Origin: an uncultured Bacilli bacterium
GTDB taxonomy: Bacteria > Bacillota_I > Bacilli_A > RF39 > UBA660
Length of the DNA stretch: 64,000 bases
Assembly (NCBI GenBank): GCA_934119965.1
Contig: CAKOTA010000001.1
Span: 64,129-128,128 of the forward strand
Direction: 5' to 3'
In this document: one piece after another, positions 29,176-38,663 of the stretch
Numbering within the stretch: the stretch's first letter is position 1
Layout: the number at the start of each line of letters is the position of its first letter
Program-made: the position numbers and the translations under genes
The notes under the pieces: generated by a model
Databases searched by the model: none
What the model saw: only the letters and a program-made list of their open reading frames with translations
Told to the model about the DNA's origin: nothing

Positions 29176-29485
29176 AATAGGTCGAAAACTAAATCCTGTG
29201 GATCACGAAAAGCCATATAAAGTATTTATTGATAATGTTCAAGTATTTGAAATATATGAAGATGAAATAAAGAATATAAATATCGAACCAGGTAAACACA
29301 AAATTATGGTTAAAAGTGATAAATTTATAAGTAACGAAATAGAATTTGAGAATACAACTGATGGTATAATTGAATTTATAGTTGAACCTGACTATGCAAA
29401 TAATTTAATTTCTAAATTCTTTACAAAAACACTATATGGAAAAGTTGGTTTAAAAATATCAATTAAAAATGAAATATATTTATAG
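29168..29485 (+). CDS. Hypothetical small protein (105 aa)
   Basis: ATG after GTAGGTGAAA. Overlaps the rnc stop. No motif recognised. Confidence 0.4.
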   Translation: MIKIGRKLNPVDHEKPYKVFIDNVQVFEIYEDEIKNINIEPGKHKIMVKSDKFISNEIEFENTTDGIIEFIVEPDYANNLISKFFTKTLYGKVGLKISIKNEIYL

Positions 29486-29539
29486 TAAGTAAATATATTT
29501 TGTTTTTGGTTAAAAAATATTTTGAAAGAAGTTGATTTT

Positions 29540-31288
29540 ATGAAAGAAAAATTGAAAAATTTTAAAATTTTATGGCAGTATTTAAAAAAAGATAAATTAG
29601 AATTATTTATTTATATATTTTTAGTAATAATGACATATATTCCTGCTCTTTTATCAGCTTTCTTTTGGGGAAAAGCAGTTGAATATTTAATTAATTATAA
29701 CTTTACAAACTTTGTAATTTATTTAGCGTTCTGGGAAAGCTTTTATATAATATTTTATTGTATATTACAATATCCAAGAGATAGGATATATAATAAGTTA
29801 GAACTTAATTTTATGAAAAATGTTAGTATAGATATGTATAAAAAAATCCAAAATTTGCCTACTGTAGCATTTGAAGAAATAGGAGTTGGAGAATTTATTA
29901 ATAGACTCTATACTGATCCGGACAGAATAATGGATCTGTTGTCAAAATTAATTAGATTGATTTGTAAAAGTATAGTTGTAATAATAATATTATTTATATC
30001 ATTGAAAACATCAATTATATTATTTTTTGAAATAATTGTATTTGCTATTATAATGGGATTTATTTCTTATAAATTTTTTCCAAAAATTAAAAAAACACAA
30101 GAAAAAATCAAACAAGAAAGTGATGCTTATGTAAAAGAAATTACTGAAAACATTACAGGAATAAGAGAAATAAAAGCTCTTGGAATAAAAAATAACATAT
30201 TATATAATGTAACAAATAGAATAAATAAAATGTTTATAAATAATAATAATCAAAAAAAATATGAAACTACATATTATTGTTTAAATAATTTAATATATTT
30301 TACACTACAATTTATCATACTATTTACTTGCGGAAAATTATTTATGAATAATTTATTATCATTTAGTTTATTTACAGTAATAGAATCTTATTTGTGGAGA
30401 ATAGATGAAGTAGTAGAAAGTATAAGTGATTTTGGGGTAACCTTTAATAAAGTTAGTGTATCACTTAAAAGAATTGATGAAATAATAAATAATAAATTAT
30501 ATAAAGACGAATATTTTGGTAAGATTAACTTAGATAATATAAAAGGATATGTGGAATTTAAAAATGTTTTGTTTAAATATAAAAGTGATGAAAATTACAC
30601 CTTAAATGGCCTAAATTTAAAAATCGAACCAAACAAAAAAATAGCCATTGTAGGTAGAAGTGGAAATGGAAAAAGTACTTTGTTTAATTTATTATTGAGA
30701 TATTTTGATAGCACTAGTGGAGAAATATTAATTGACGAAAAAAATATAAAAGATTTAACCGAAAATACTTTAAGAAACAATATATCAATAATTAGACAAA
30801 ATCCATTTTTATTTAATTTAAGTATTATTGACAACTTTAAATTAGTAAAACAAGATATCACATTAGAAGAAGTCAGAAATGTTTGTAAAAGAGCCTATAT
30901 TGATGATTATATTATGTCACTACCAAATAAATATGACACTATAATCGGTGAAGGTGGAGTTAATTTGTCAGGTGGACAAAAACAAAGACTTGCAATTGCA
31001 AGAACATTAATATTAAATACAAAAATTATATTATTTGATGAAGCCACAAGTGCTCTTGACAATGAATCACAAGATTATATAAAACATACAATAGATGATT
31101 TAGTTAAAGATCACACAATAATTATAGTAGCTCATAGATTATCAACAATTATTGATGCAGATGAAATAAATATAATTGATAAAGGAAAATTAGTAGGAAG
31201 TGGAAATCATAAATATTTGCTTGAAAATAATAATGTATATAAAAATTTATACAATATAGAATCTTCAACCAATGAATTTTTTAGTTAA
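29540..31288 (+). CDS. ABC exporter, fused permease/ATP-binding protein
   Basis: Six-TM N-terminal half. Has Walker A GRSGNGKST, signature LSGGQKQRLAIAR and Walker B ILFDEATSALD. Confidence 0.85.
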   Translation: MKEKLKNFKILWQYLKKDKLELFIYIFLVIMTYIPALLSAFFWGKAVEYLINYNFTNFVIYLAFWESFYIIFYCILQYPRDRIYNKLELNFMKNVSIDMYKKIQNLPTVAFEEIGVGEFINRLYTDPDRIMDLLSKLIRLICKSIVVIIILFISLKTSIILFFEIIVFAIIMGFISYKFFPKIKKTQEKIKQESDAYVKEITENITGIREIKALGIKNNILYNVTNRINKMFINNNNQKKYETTYYCLNNLIYFTLQFIILFTCGKLFMNNLLSFSLFTVIESYLWRIDEVVESISDFGVTFNKVSVSLKRIDEIINNKLYKDEYFGKINLDNIKGYVEFKNVLFKYKSDENYTLNGLNLKIEPNKKIAIVGRSGNGKSTLFNLLLRYFDSTSGEILIDEKNIKDLTENTLRNNISIIRQNPFLFNLSIIDNFKLVKQDITLEEVRNVCKRAYIDDYIMSLPNKYDTIIGEGGVNLSGGQKQRLAIARTLILNTKIILFDEATSALDNESQDYIKHTIDDLVKDHTIIIVAHRLSTIIDADEINIIDKGKLVGSGNHKYLLENNNVYKNLYNIESSTNEFFS

Positions 31289-31304
31289 ATAAAAATATAT
31301 TTAT

Positions 31305-31333
31305 AAAAGATATAGAAAATATATCTTTTTTTT
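31305..31333 (+). terminator. Rho-independent terminator after the ABC exporter gene
   Basis: AAAAGATATA gaaaa TATATCTTTT followed by a T-run. Confidence 0.85.
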
Positions 31334-31341
31334 GATATAAT
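31333..31341 (+). promoter_or_regulatory. Extended -10 element (TGaTATAAT) for the rlmN operon
   Basis: Lies immediately after the terminator T-run, about 19 nt upstream of rlmN. Confidence 0.5.
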
Positions 31342-31359
31342 TGATAATAGGGTGTTAGT

Positions 31360-32382
31360 ATGAAAAATATATACGATATGACATTAGAAAAACTAGAAAA
31401 TTATTTTATTGAAAATGGTGAAAAAAAATTCAAAGCAACCCAAATATTTGAGTGGTTATATAAAAAAAGAATAGATGACTTTTTTCTAATGAGTAATATA
31501 AAAAAAGAACTACAAACAAAACTAAATGATGAATTTAGTACATATAAAATAAAAGTAATCGATAAAAAAGAAGATAAAGATGTAATTAAATTTTTATTTG
31601 AACTAGAAGATAAAAATAAAATAGAAGCTGTACTAATGAATCATGACTATGGAAAAAGTTTATGTATCTCAACTCAAGTAGGATGTAATATGGGGTGCAA
31701 ATTCTGTGAAAGTGGAAGACTGAAAAAAGTTAGAAATTTAGAAACATACGAAATGGTTGAACAAATATTAGTAATTGAAGACCTATTAAAATTAAGAATA
31801 TCACATGTAGTTTTAATGGGAATAGGTGAACCATTCGATAACTATGATAATGTAATAGATTTTATTGATATAATTAATTCAGGAAAAGGAATTGATATTG
31901 GTGCTAGACATATAACAGTATCAACTTGTGGAATAATACCTAAAATAAAAGAATTTATGGATAATGGAAAACAAGTTAATTTAGCAATCTCATTACACGC
32001 TCCTAATAATGAATTAAGAAATAAAATAATGCCTATAAATAAAGCATATAATATTGAAGAATTAATCGAAGTATTAAAAGAATATATTCAAAAAACAAAT
32101 AGAAGAGTAACATTTGAATATGTGTTATTAGATGGAATTAATGATACTAAAGAATGTGCTTTAGAACTTGCAAATTTACTAAAAAATATGAATGCTTATG
32201 TTAACCTAATTCCATATAACGAAACAAGTCATATCGAATTTAAAAGAAGTAAAAAAGTAATGGAATTTTATGATATACTTAAAAAAAATAATATTAATGT
32301 GACCGTAAGAAGAGAATTTGGAACAAAAGTTTCAGCAGCTTGTGGTCAATTAAGATCAAATTATGAGGAGGGAATACAATGA
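31360..32382 (+). CDS. rlmN: 23S rRNA/tRNA (adenine-C2)-methyltransferase, radical SAM
   Basis: CNMGCKFCESG cluster, MGIGEP motif and C-terminal CGQL. 340 aa. Confidence 0.9.
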   Translation: MKNIYDMTLEKLENYFIENGEKKFKATQIFEWLYKKRIDDFFLMSNIKKELQTKLNDEFSTYKIKVIDKKEDKDVIKFLFELEDKNKIEAVLMNHDYGKSLCISTQVGCNMGCKFCESGRLKKVRNLETYEMVEQILVIEDLLKLRISHVVLMGIGEPFDNYDNVIDFIDIINSGKGIDIGARHITVSTCGIIPKIKEFMDNGKQVNLAISLHAPNNELRNKIMPINKAYNIEELIEVLKEYIQKTNRRVTFEYVLLDGINDTKECALELANLLKNMNAYVNLIPYNETSHIEFKRSKKVMEFYDILKKNNINVTVRREFGTKVSAACGQLRSNYEEGIQ

Positions 32383-33119
32383 AATATTGCTATATAACAG
32401 ATACTGGTAAAGTAAGAGATCACAATGAAGATAGTGTTATTATAACTGAGAATATGAATCACGAAATCTTAATGACAGTAGCTGATGGTATGGGTGGACA
32501 TAATGCTGGTGAAGTTGCCTCTTCAATCGCAATTGCCCATATTGGAAAAAGATTTAAAGAATTAAGTACAATTGGTAATAAAGAAGATGCTATTAATTGG
32601 TTAAAAGAAACAGTAAGTGAAATAAATTTATTATTATATAAATATACACAAGAACATCCAGAAAGCGTAGGAATGGGAACAACATTTGTTTTGGCTCTTC
32701 TAACTAAAGATTTCCTATTATTTGGAAACATTGGTGATTCATCTGGATATGTAATTAAAAACAAAGAATTACACAAAATTACTGTTGATCATACATTAGT
32801 AAATTTCTTAGTAAAATCAGGTGAATTAACTGAAGAAGAAGCTAAAGAACATCCTAGAAAAAATGTTTTAATGAAAGCTTTAGGAGCTGCAGTCGCTGTT
32901 GATATGGATATCTTTGATGTTGAAACAGATATTGACGGAATATTATTATGTAGTGATGGACTAACTAATATGCTAGATGATGATCAAATAGTCAAAGTCT
33001 TAAACGAAGAAGAATTAGATATAGAAGACAAACTAAATAAATTAATATATAAATGTAATAATAGAGGTGGAAATGATAACATTTCTATTGCGTATTTAGA
33101 TAAAGGTGGTGCACAATGA
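32379..33119 (+). CDS. stp: PP2C-family Ser/Thr protein phosphatase
   Basis: ADGMGGH, GDS and GGNDNIS motifs. ATGA overlap with rlmN. Confidence 0.9.
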   Translation: MKYCYITDTGKVRDHNEDSVIITENMNHEILMTVADGMGGHNAGEVASSIAIAHIGKRFKELSTIGNKEDAINWLKETVSEINLLLYKYTQEHPESVGMGTTFVLALLTKDFLLFGNIGDSSGYVIKNKELHKITVDHTLVNFLVKSGELTEEEAKEHPRKNVLMKALGAAVAVDMDIFDVETDIDGILLCSDGLTNMLDDDQIVKVLNEEELDIEDKLNKLIYKCNNRGGNDNISIAYLDKGGAQ

Positions 33120-34897
33120 TAACAAAAGGACAAAAAATAAATGATCGTTATCAAATTATTAGATCAATTGGTGAAGGTGGAATGGCTAATGTTTATTTAG
33201 CTTATGACACTATATTAGATAGAAATGTTGCTGTCAAAGTATTAAGAGGTGATTTAGCAGGTGATGAAAAATTCGTAAGAAGATTTCAAAGAGAAGCTAT
33301 ATCTGCTAGTTCCTTATCTCATCCTAATATTGTTGAAATGTATGATGTTGGTGAAGATGATGGAAAATACTTTATTGTAATGGAATACTTAGAAGGAGTA
33401 ACATTAAAAAGTTTAATAAAAAAGAGAAAAAAACTTACTCTAGCTGAAGTCATTGATATAATGTTACAACTAACAAGTGGTATTGCTTGTGCTCATGAAA
33501 GTTATATAATTCATAGAGATATTAAACCTCAAAATATTTTAATGCTAGATAATGGTTTAGTAAAAATAACTGATTTTGGTATAGCTATGGCTTTAAATAA
33601 TAGTGAGTTAACACAAACTAACTCTGTAATGGGTAGTGTTCATTATTTGCCTCCAGAACAAGCAAATGGATCAGGAGCAACTGTTAAAAGTGATATTTAT
33701 TCATTAGGAATATTAATGTTTGAAGCTCTAACAGGACAATTACCATTCAAAGGAGAAAATGCTGTTGAGATAGCTATTAAACAAATGAGAGATCCAATTC
33801 CAAGTGTTTGCGAAATGAATCCTGAAATACCTCAAAGTATTGAAAACATCATTTTAAAAGCAACAGCTAAAAATCCTAAAAATAGATACGATAATGTTAT
33901 GGAAATGCATGATGATATAGCAAGAGCTTTAGATAAAGATAGAAGAGATGAAAAGAAAATAACATTTATGTATCCAGAAACAGAATTTGAAGAAAAAGAA
34001 TTACCTTCTAGAACTAAAACTCAAGAAGAAAAAAGAAGTAAAGAAAAAGAAGAAAAAAAAGATAAAAAAATCAATAAATTTATAATGATTTTTGGCATAA
34101 TAATTGCAGTAATAACAATAATAGCAGTTTTGATATTTATAATATTAGGCAATAAAAAACCAAAAGATATTGAAATAATTGATGTATCTGATATGACAGT
34201 TGTAGCAGCCGAAAAAGAATTAGAAAAATTAGGATTTATTGTTAATAGTGAAGTTAAAGAAAAAGCAAGTGATAAAATAATAGAAGGTAATGTTATTTCA
34301 ACAGAACCAGCTATAGGTAGAACTGTAAAAGAAGGAACTAAAATAACATTAGTTGTTTCTAAAGGAACTGAAAAAATTGAAATTGAAGATTATACTAATA
34401 AAGATATAGATTCTGTAAAATATATCTTAGAAAAAGCGGGAATTCATATTATTGAAGAAGAAAAAGAAATAACAAAAGATGATAATATTAAAGAAGGAAC
34501 AATCGTTGAACAAGATATTAAAAAAGGTGAAAAACTAGGTAAGGGAGATTCTATTACTTTAACAGTTGCGAAAATAATTACAGTTTATCCTGACTTTGTA
34601 AATGAAGGATACACATTAGATCAAGTAACATCATTCTGTGAAGATAATGGAATTGTTTTACAATCAACTGCTAAAGAAACAAGTGATTATAAAGAAAATA
34701 CAATAATAACACAAAGTAGAACAGCAGGTTCTAAAGTAGTAAAAGGAGTAACTTTAAGAGTAACATATGCTAAAGCACCAGCAAAAGTAGAAACTCCAAA
34801 AACAGATGATAAAACTGAAACAACTAAAAATGACAAAACAGATGATAAAACAAATACAGATGATAAAAAAACAGATAAAGTTGAAACAATAGAATAG
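33116..34897 (+). CDS. prkC: Hanks-type Ser/Thr kinase with three PASTA repeats (PrkC/PknB type)
   Basis: HRDIKPQN and DFG motifs, a single TM and three ~65-aa PASTA-like repeats. The C-terminal tail is rich in K/T/D. Confidence 0.9.
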   Translation: MITKGQKINDRYQIIRSIGEGGMANVYLAYDTILDRNVAVKVLRGDLAGDEKFVRRFQREAISASSLSHPNIVEMYDVGEDDGKYFIVMEYLEGVTLKSLIKKRKKLTLAEVIDIMLQLTSGIACAHESYIIHRDIKPQNILMLDNGLVKITDFGIAMALNNSELTQTNSVMGSVHYLPPEQANGSGATVKSDIYSLGILMFEALTGQLPFKGENAVEIAIKQMRDPIPSVCEMNPEIPQSIENIILKATAKNPKNRYDNVMEMHDDIARALDKDRRDEKKITFMYPETEFEEKELPSRTKTQEEKRSKEKEEKKDKKINKFIMIFGIIIAVITIIAVLIFIILGNKKPKDIEIIDVSDMTVVAAEKELEKLGFIVNSEVKEKASDKIIEGNVISTEPAIGRTVKEGTKITLVVSKGTEKIEIEDYTNKDIDSVKYILEKAGIHIIEEEKEITKDDNIKEGTIVEQDIKKGEKLGKGDSITLTVAKIITVYPDFVNEGYTLDQVTSFCEDNGIVLQSTAKETSDYKENTIITQSRTAGSKVVKGVTLRVTYAKAPAKVETPKTDDKTETTKNDKTDDKTNTDDKKTDKVETIE

Positions 34898-34904
34898 GAT
34901 AAAT

Positions 34905-35735
34905 ATGGAAGGAAAAATTATAAAAATAATCAGTAATGATTATACTGTTTTAAGTAATAATTCTAACTATGTGTGTAAAAGTAGGGGAAAATTTAGAAAT
35001 GTAAATATAACACCATTAGTTGGTGATGAAGTAGTATTTGATGAATTAAATAATTATATTTTAGAAGTAAAAAAAAGGAAAAATGAATTATTAAGGCCAC
35101 CAGTCAGTAATATTGATAATGCCTTAATTATAACTAATGTAAAACCTACTTTTAATACTAATCTTTTAGATAAATTATTATGTATAGTTGAATTTAATAA
35201 TATTAAGCCTATAATATGTTTTACTAAATTAGATTTACTTAACGAAGAAGAACTTAATGATATAAAAAAATATATGGACTATTATAAAAAAATAGGTTAT
35301 GAAGTATATGATAATAGAAATATTGCAGAAATAAAGAAAATTTTTAAAAACAAAATAACTGTTTTAACTGGACAAAGTGGAGCTGGAAAATCTACTTTGT
35401 TAAATAAAATAGATCCAAAATTAAATTTAAAAACTGACGAAATTTCGGTAGCACTTGGTAGAGGTAAACATACTACAAGACATGTTGAATTATTAGAAAT
35501 AGAAGATGGTTTAGTAGCTGATACTCCAGGATTTTCTAGTTTGGATTTTATTGGTATGACTAATGAAGATATAAGAGATAATTTTATTGAATTTAATTTA
35601 TATAAAGAAGGATGTAAATATAGAGATTGTATGCATTTAAATGAAGATGAATGTGGAATCAAAAGTAATCCCAATATAATTAAATCAAGATATGATAATT
35701 ACAAAAACTTTGTTCAAAATAATAAAAATAGGTGA
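34905..35735 (+). CDS. rsgA: Ribosome small-subunit-dependent GTPase A
   Basis: Circularly permuted GTPase with TKLDL, GQSGAGKSTL and DTPGF motifs. Has a C-terminal Cys/His zinc knuckle. Confidence 0.9.
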   Translation: MEGKIIKIISNDYTVLSNNSNYVCKSRGKFRNVNITPLVGDEVVFDELNNYILEVKKRKNELLRPPVSNIDNALIITNVKPTFNTNLLDKLLCIVEFNNIKPIICFTKLDLLNEEELNDIKKYMDYYKKIGYEVYDNRNIAEIKKIFKNKITVLTGQSGAGKSTLLNKIDPKLNLKTDEISVALGRGKHTTRHVELLEIEDGLVADTPGFSSLDFIGMTNEDIRDNFIEFNLYKEGCKYRDCMHLNEDECGIKSNPNIIKSRYDNYKNFVQNNKNR

Positions 35736-35739
35736 TGTT

Positions 35740-36369
35740 ATGAAAATATCCGGATCAATATTAAAAATAAAAAATGATAAAAATAGAATAGAAGAAATAA
35801 TTGATAGTGGAATTGATTATTTACATTTAGATGTAATGGATGGAATATTTGTAGATAATATATCTTTACAATATAATGAATGTGATAAAATAAAAGAATT
35901 ATTTAAAATTCCTTTAGATATCCATTTGATGGTTCAAAATCCTATTAATTACATTAAAGATTTTATAAAACTGGAACCAAAATATATTTCATTTCATATT
36001 GAAGCAAAAGATATTGATAAATGTATTGATTATATAAAAAAAACGAATACTCTAGTTGGACTTGCAATAAATCCTACTACCAAACTAGAAAAAATATTAC
36101 CATATTTAGAAAAAGTAGATTTAATTCTAGTGATGAGTGTTGAACCTGGATATGGTGGTCAAGCTTTTATAAAAAGTTCATTAGAAAGAATAAACTATTT
36201 AAATGAATATCGAATTAAAAATAATCTAAAATTTAAAATTGAAGTAGATGGTGGAATTAATATTGATAATATCAAAAAAATAAATAGTGACATTGTAGTT
36301 ATAGGTAGTGGCATAACTGATAGTGATAATTATAAAGAACAAGTAAATAGAATAAAGGGGTTATTATGA
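35740..36369 (+). CDS. rpe: Ribulose-phosphate 3-epimerase
   Basis: ATG after AGGTGA. HLDVMDG and MSVEPGYGGQ motifs. The longer ORF start at 35692 overlaps rsgA and has no RBS. Confidence 0.85.
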   Translation: MKISGSILKIKNDKNRIEEIIDSGIDYLHLDVMDGIFVDNISLQYNECDKIKELFKIPLDIHLMVQNPINYIKDFIKLEPKYISFHIEAKDIDKCIDYIKKTNTLVGLAINPTTKLEKILPYLEKVDLILVMSVEPGYGGQAFIKSSLERINYLNEYRIKNNLKFKIEVDGGINIDNIKKINSDIVVIGSGITDSDNYKEQVNRIKGLL

Positions 36370-36752
36370 AAAAAATAATTTTAGTAATTCTAAGTTTAGT
36401 ATTAATAACAGGATGTGGCAAAAAAGAAGTGCAAGAAACCATTGAAACAAACAAGGTAAATTTAAATGAATTAGTTATTGAAGAAAAACAAGTGAATGAT
36501 TTAATTTTTAAAAACACATCTATGATATATGAACAAGGAATTACTACATTTAAAACTTTAATTGTTAATAATGGAATAGATATTGAAATAAAAAATATTT
36601 ACATTGATTGTTATAGTAAAAATGGCCTAAAAATATTAACCTTAAAAAAAGAAGTAAATAAAGTTATAAAAAATAAAGAAAATTTTCAAATTGCAGTCGC
36701 AACCGATATAGATTTGACTGATATATATGAAATTAAATATAATCTAGATTAG
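36366..36752 (+). CDS. Small lipoprotein, function unknown
   Basis: Lipobox LITGC. 128 aa. ATGA-type overlap with rpe. Confidence 0.6.
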   Translation: MKKIILVILSLVLITGCGKKEVQETIETNKVNLNELVIEEKQVNDLIFKNTSMIYEQGITTFKTLIVNNGIDIEIKNIYIDCYSKNGLKILTLKKEVNKVIKNKENFQIAVATDIDLTDIYEIKYNLD

Positions 36753-36762
36753 TGGTGATAAT

Positions 36763-38577
36763 ATGAATAAAAAAGGGTTTACATTGCTTGAATTAATTTT
36801 AGTAATACTAGTTCTTTCTGTGGCATTTATTTTATCAATACCTAAGGTATTAAAAATTATAGAAAATTCAAAATATAAAACTTTCATTACAGGAGTTAGA
36901 AATACGATAGATGCTGTTGATTTATATATAGCTGAAAACAAATTTATGAACATTCCAGAACAAGGAATATATATTGAAGATCTTGATAAAAATGTGTTGA
37001 AAAACAACGATTATGATTCAGGATTAATAATTAGAAGGAAAGAACAAATTGAAGTAGTTAATTTAAAACTAGGAAATTATTGTGCTAAAGGAAATAAGCA
37101 AAACTTAATAACCACTGATAAAGGTTGTGGTGCTCTAGATGAAACAAATCCTTCGAAGGTAGATATATTTGTTAAAAATGAAACAAGTGAATATTTATAT
37201 TTGGTTATTGGGGGGTATGATGAAGAATCAGAAATAGTTAAATATGAACTTAGCATTGATAATAAAAAATATTATACAAATAAGGATAAAGGATATAATG
37301 TATTTGAGATTAAAAAAGATGATAAAAAACATTCTTATAAAGCTAGAGTTACTAATGAAGCAGGTCTAACCCTTGAAAGTAAATTAAAATCATTTGATAC
37401 TGAATCGGAAACTATAATGTGCACAAGTGAAAATATAAATTATAATAAAAAAATTACTTGTCATTCAGAAAATATTCCACTTGAATATAATTTGTTTTCT
37501 GAAAACAAAAATATTAAGATAGAGAAAGATAATAATATTGATATTAATATATTGGGTATCGATAAATTATTAAATGAAAATATACCGGTTTTAGAAGAAA
37601 ATATGATTCCAATTATATATGAAAATGAAAAATGGGTAATAGCTGATAGAAATACTATTTATTGGGATTATGCTAATAAAATATGGGCGAATGCAGTAAT
37701 AACTAAAAAGAATCAGGATATTAACGATCCTAATAGTAAGTCAAGAGAATACTATTTAAGTAAAGATGCTATAGGTGAAGAAATAAATGAAAATGATATA
37801 ATTGGTTATTATGTATGGATACCAAAATATAGCTATGATGTTTGGAATAATGCTGGAATTGATATAAAAAAAGAAGACAAAGGAATTACAAATATCAATA
37901 TCAAATTTGATAATTCAAATATTCATAAAGCATTTTTATATAATGAAAATGAAACTGGTTTTTGGGTAAGTAAGTATGAAGCCAGTGTTGACAATACTTC
38001 TAATTGTGCCTTATCACCAAACATTAATAATTGTAATCTTGATTCATTAGATTTATATTTCAAACCAAGTAATAATATACTAAAAAATATTTCTATTTCA
38101 AATGCGTATGATTCAATTATCAATTTGAATAATAAAATTAAAGTTTCAAATACTCATTTATTAACAAATCTTGAGTGGGGAGCAATTACTTATTTAGCGC
38201 ATTCCAAATATGGAATTGGTACTAACATTAAAGAAGAAACAACAACAGGAAATCCAACTGGTGTATATAATATGGGAGTTGGTCCTGAATTTGTAATGGG
38301 AAACTTTAATAATGATTTAGGTTATGATGAAGTTGATAATTCGGGATTTAAAGAGTTTCCTACTGAATATATCGATATATATAAATCATCAAGTATCAAA
38401 GGAAGAATCTTAGGGGATGCAACTGGCGAAACTGAAAATTGGTACGATAGTGCACATGAATTTATAAATGGCAATTATCCATTTATAATAAGAGGAACAA
38501 ATAGTATATTTGACTTTTCAAATAGTTCTGGAAGCGCTAACCAAAATATTTCATTTAGAATGACTATAAGTAGATAA
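36763..38577 (+). CDS. Large (604 aa) protein with prepilin-type N-terminal cleavage/methylation signal
   Basis: MNKKG|FTLLELILVILVLSV is a class-III signal with Glu at +5. It is followed by about 570 aa of extracellular sequence. Confidence 0.65.
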   Translation: MNKKGFTLLELILVILVLSVAFILSIPKVLKIIENSKYKTFITGVRNTIDAVDLYIAENKFMNIPEQGIYIEDLDKNVLKNNDYDSGLIIRRKEQIEVVNLKLGNYCAKGNKQNLITTDKGCGALDETNPSKVDIFVKNETSEYLYLVIGGYDEESEIVKYELSIDNKKYYTNKDKGYNVFEIKKDDKKHSYKARVTNEAGLTLESKLKSFDTESETIMCTSENINYNKKITCHSENIPLEYNLFSENKNIKIEKDNNIDINILGIDKLLNENIPVLEENMIPIIYENEKWVIADRNTIYWDYANKIWANAVITKKNQDINDPNSKSREYYLSKDAIGEEINENDIIGYYVWIPKYSYDVWNNAGIDIKKEDKGITNINIKFDNSNIHKAFLYNENETGFWVSKYEASVDNTSNCALSPNINNCNLDSLDLYFKPSNNILKNISISNAYDSIINLNNKIKVSNTHLLTNLEWGAITYLAHSKYGIGTNIKEETTTGNPTGVYNMGVGPEFVMGNFNNDLGYDEVDNSGFKEFPTEYIDIYKSSSIKGRILGDATGETENWYDSAHEFINGNYPFIIRGTNSIFDFSNSSGSANQNISFRMTISR

Positions 38578-38607
38578 AAATGATAAAATTTGTTATCATT
38601 TTTATTT
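38576..38607 (+). terminator. Rho-independent terminator
   Basis: AAAAATGATAA aatttg TTATCATTTTT followed by ATTT. Confidence 0.7.
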
Positions 38608-38634
38608 GTATTAAAATTAACAATGTGCTATAAT
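38606..38634 (+). promoter_or_regulatory. Sigma-A type promoter
   Basis: TTGTAT, 17-nt spacer, TGcTATAAT. Confidence 0.6.
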
Positions 38635-38663
38635 TAATACATAATAGGGATGTGGTTAGTGAT

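Noticed and set aside
35297-35674. Long antisense or alternate-frame ORFs inside confident genes. Minus strand: 35297..35674 in rsgA, 32459..32776 in stp, 48660..49010 over xseA/xseB, 50322..50660 in spoIVB, 55497..55856 in the HAD gene, and 57697..57972 and 57738..58028 near rseP. Plus strand: 17630..17866 and 17948..18190 inside 16174..18267.
   Set aside because: They overlap ORFs with clear family motifs and lack RBSs. Their low-complexity Ile/Leu/Phe/Ser-rich translations are what AT-rich shadow frames typically give.
35692-35739. Upstream extensions of ORFs offered by the ORF track: rpe from 35692, the 158-aa version of 20379..20855, xseB from 48778, dnaI from 59504, and the 701-aa version from 60406.
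   Set aside because: Internal ATGs are preceded by good Shine-Dalgarno sequences and match family N-termini. The extensions overlap upstream genes or lack RBSs.
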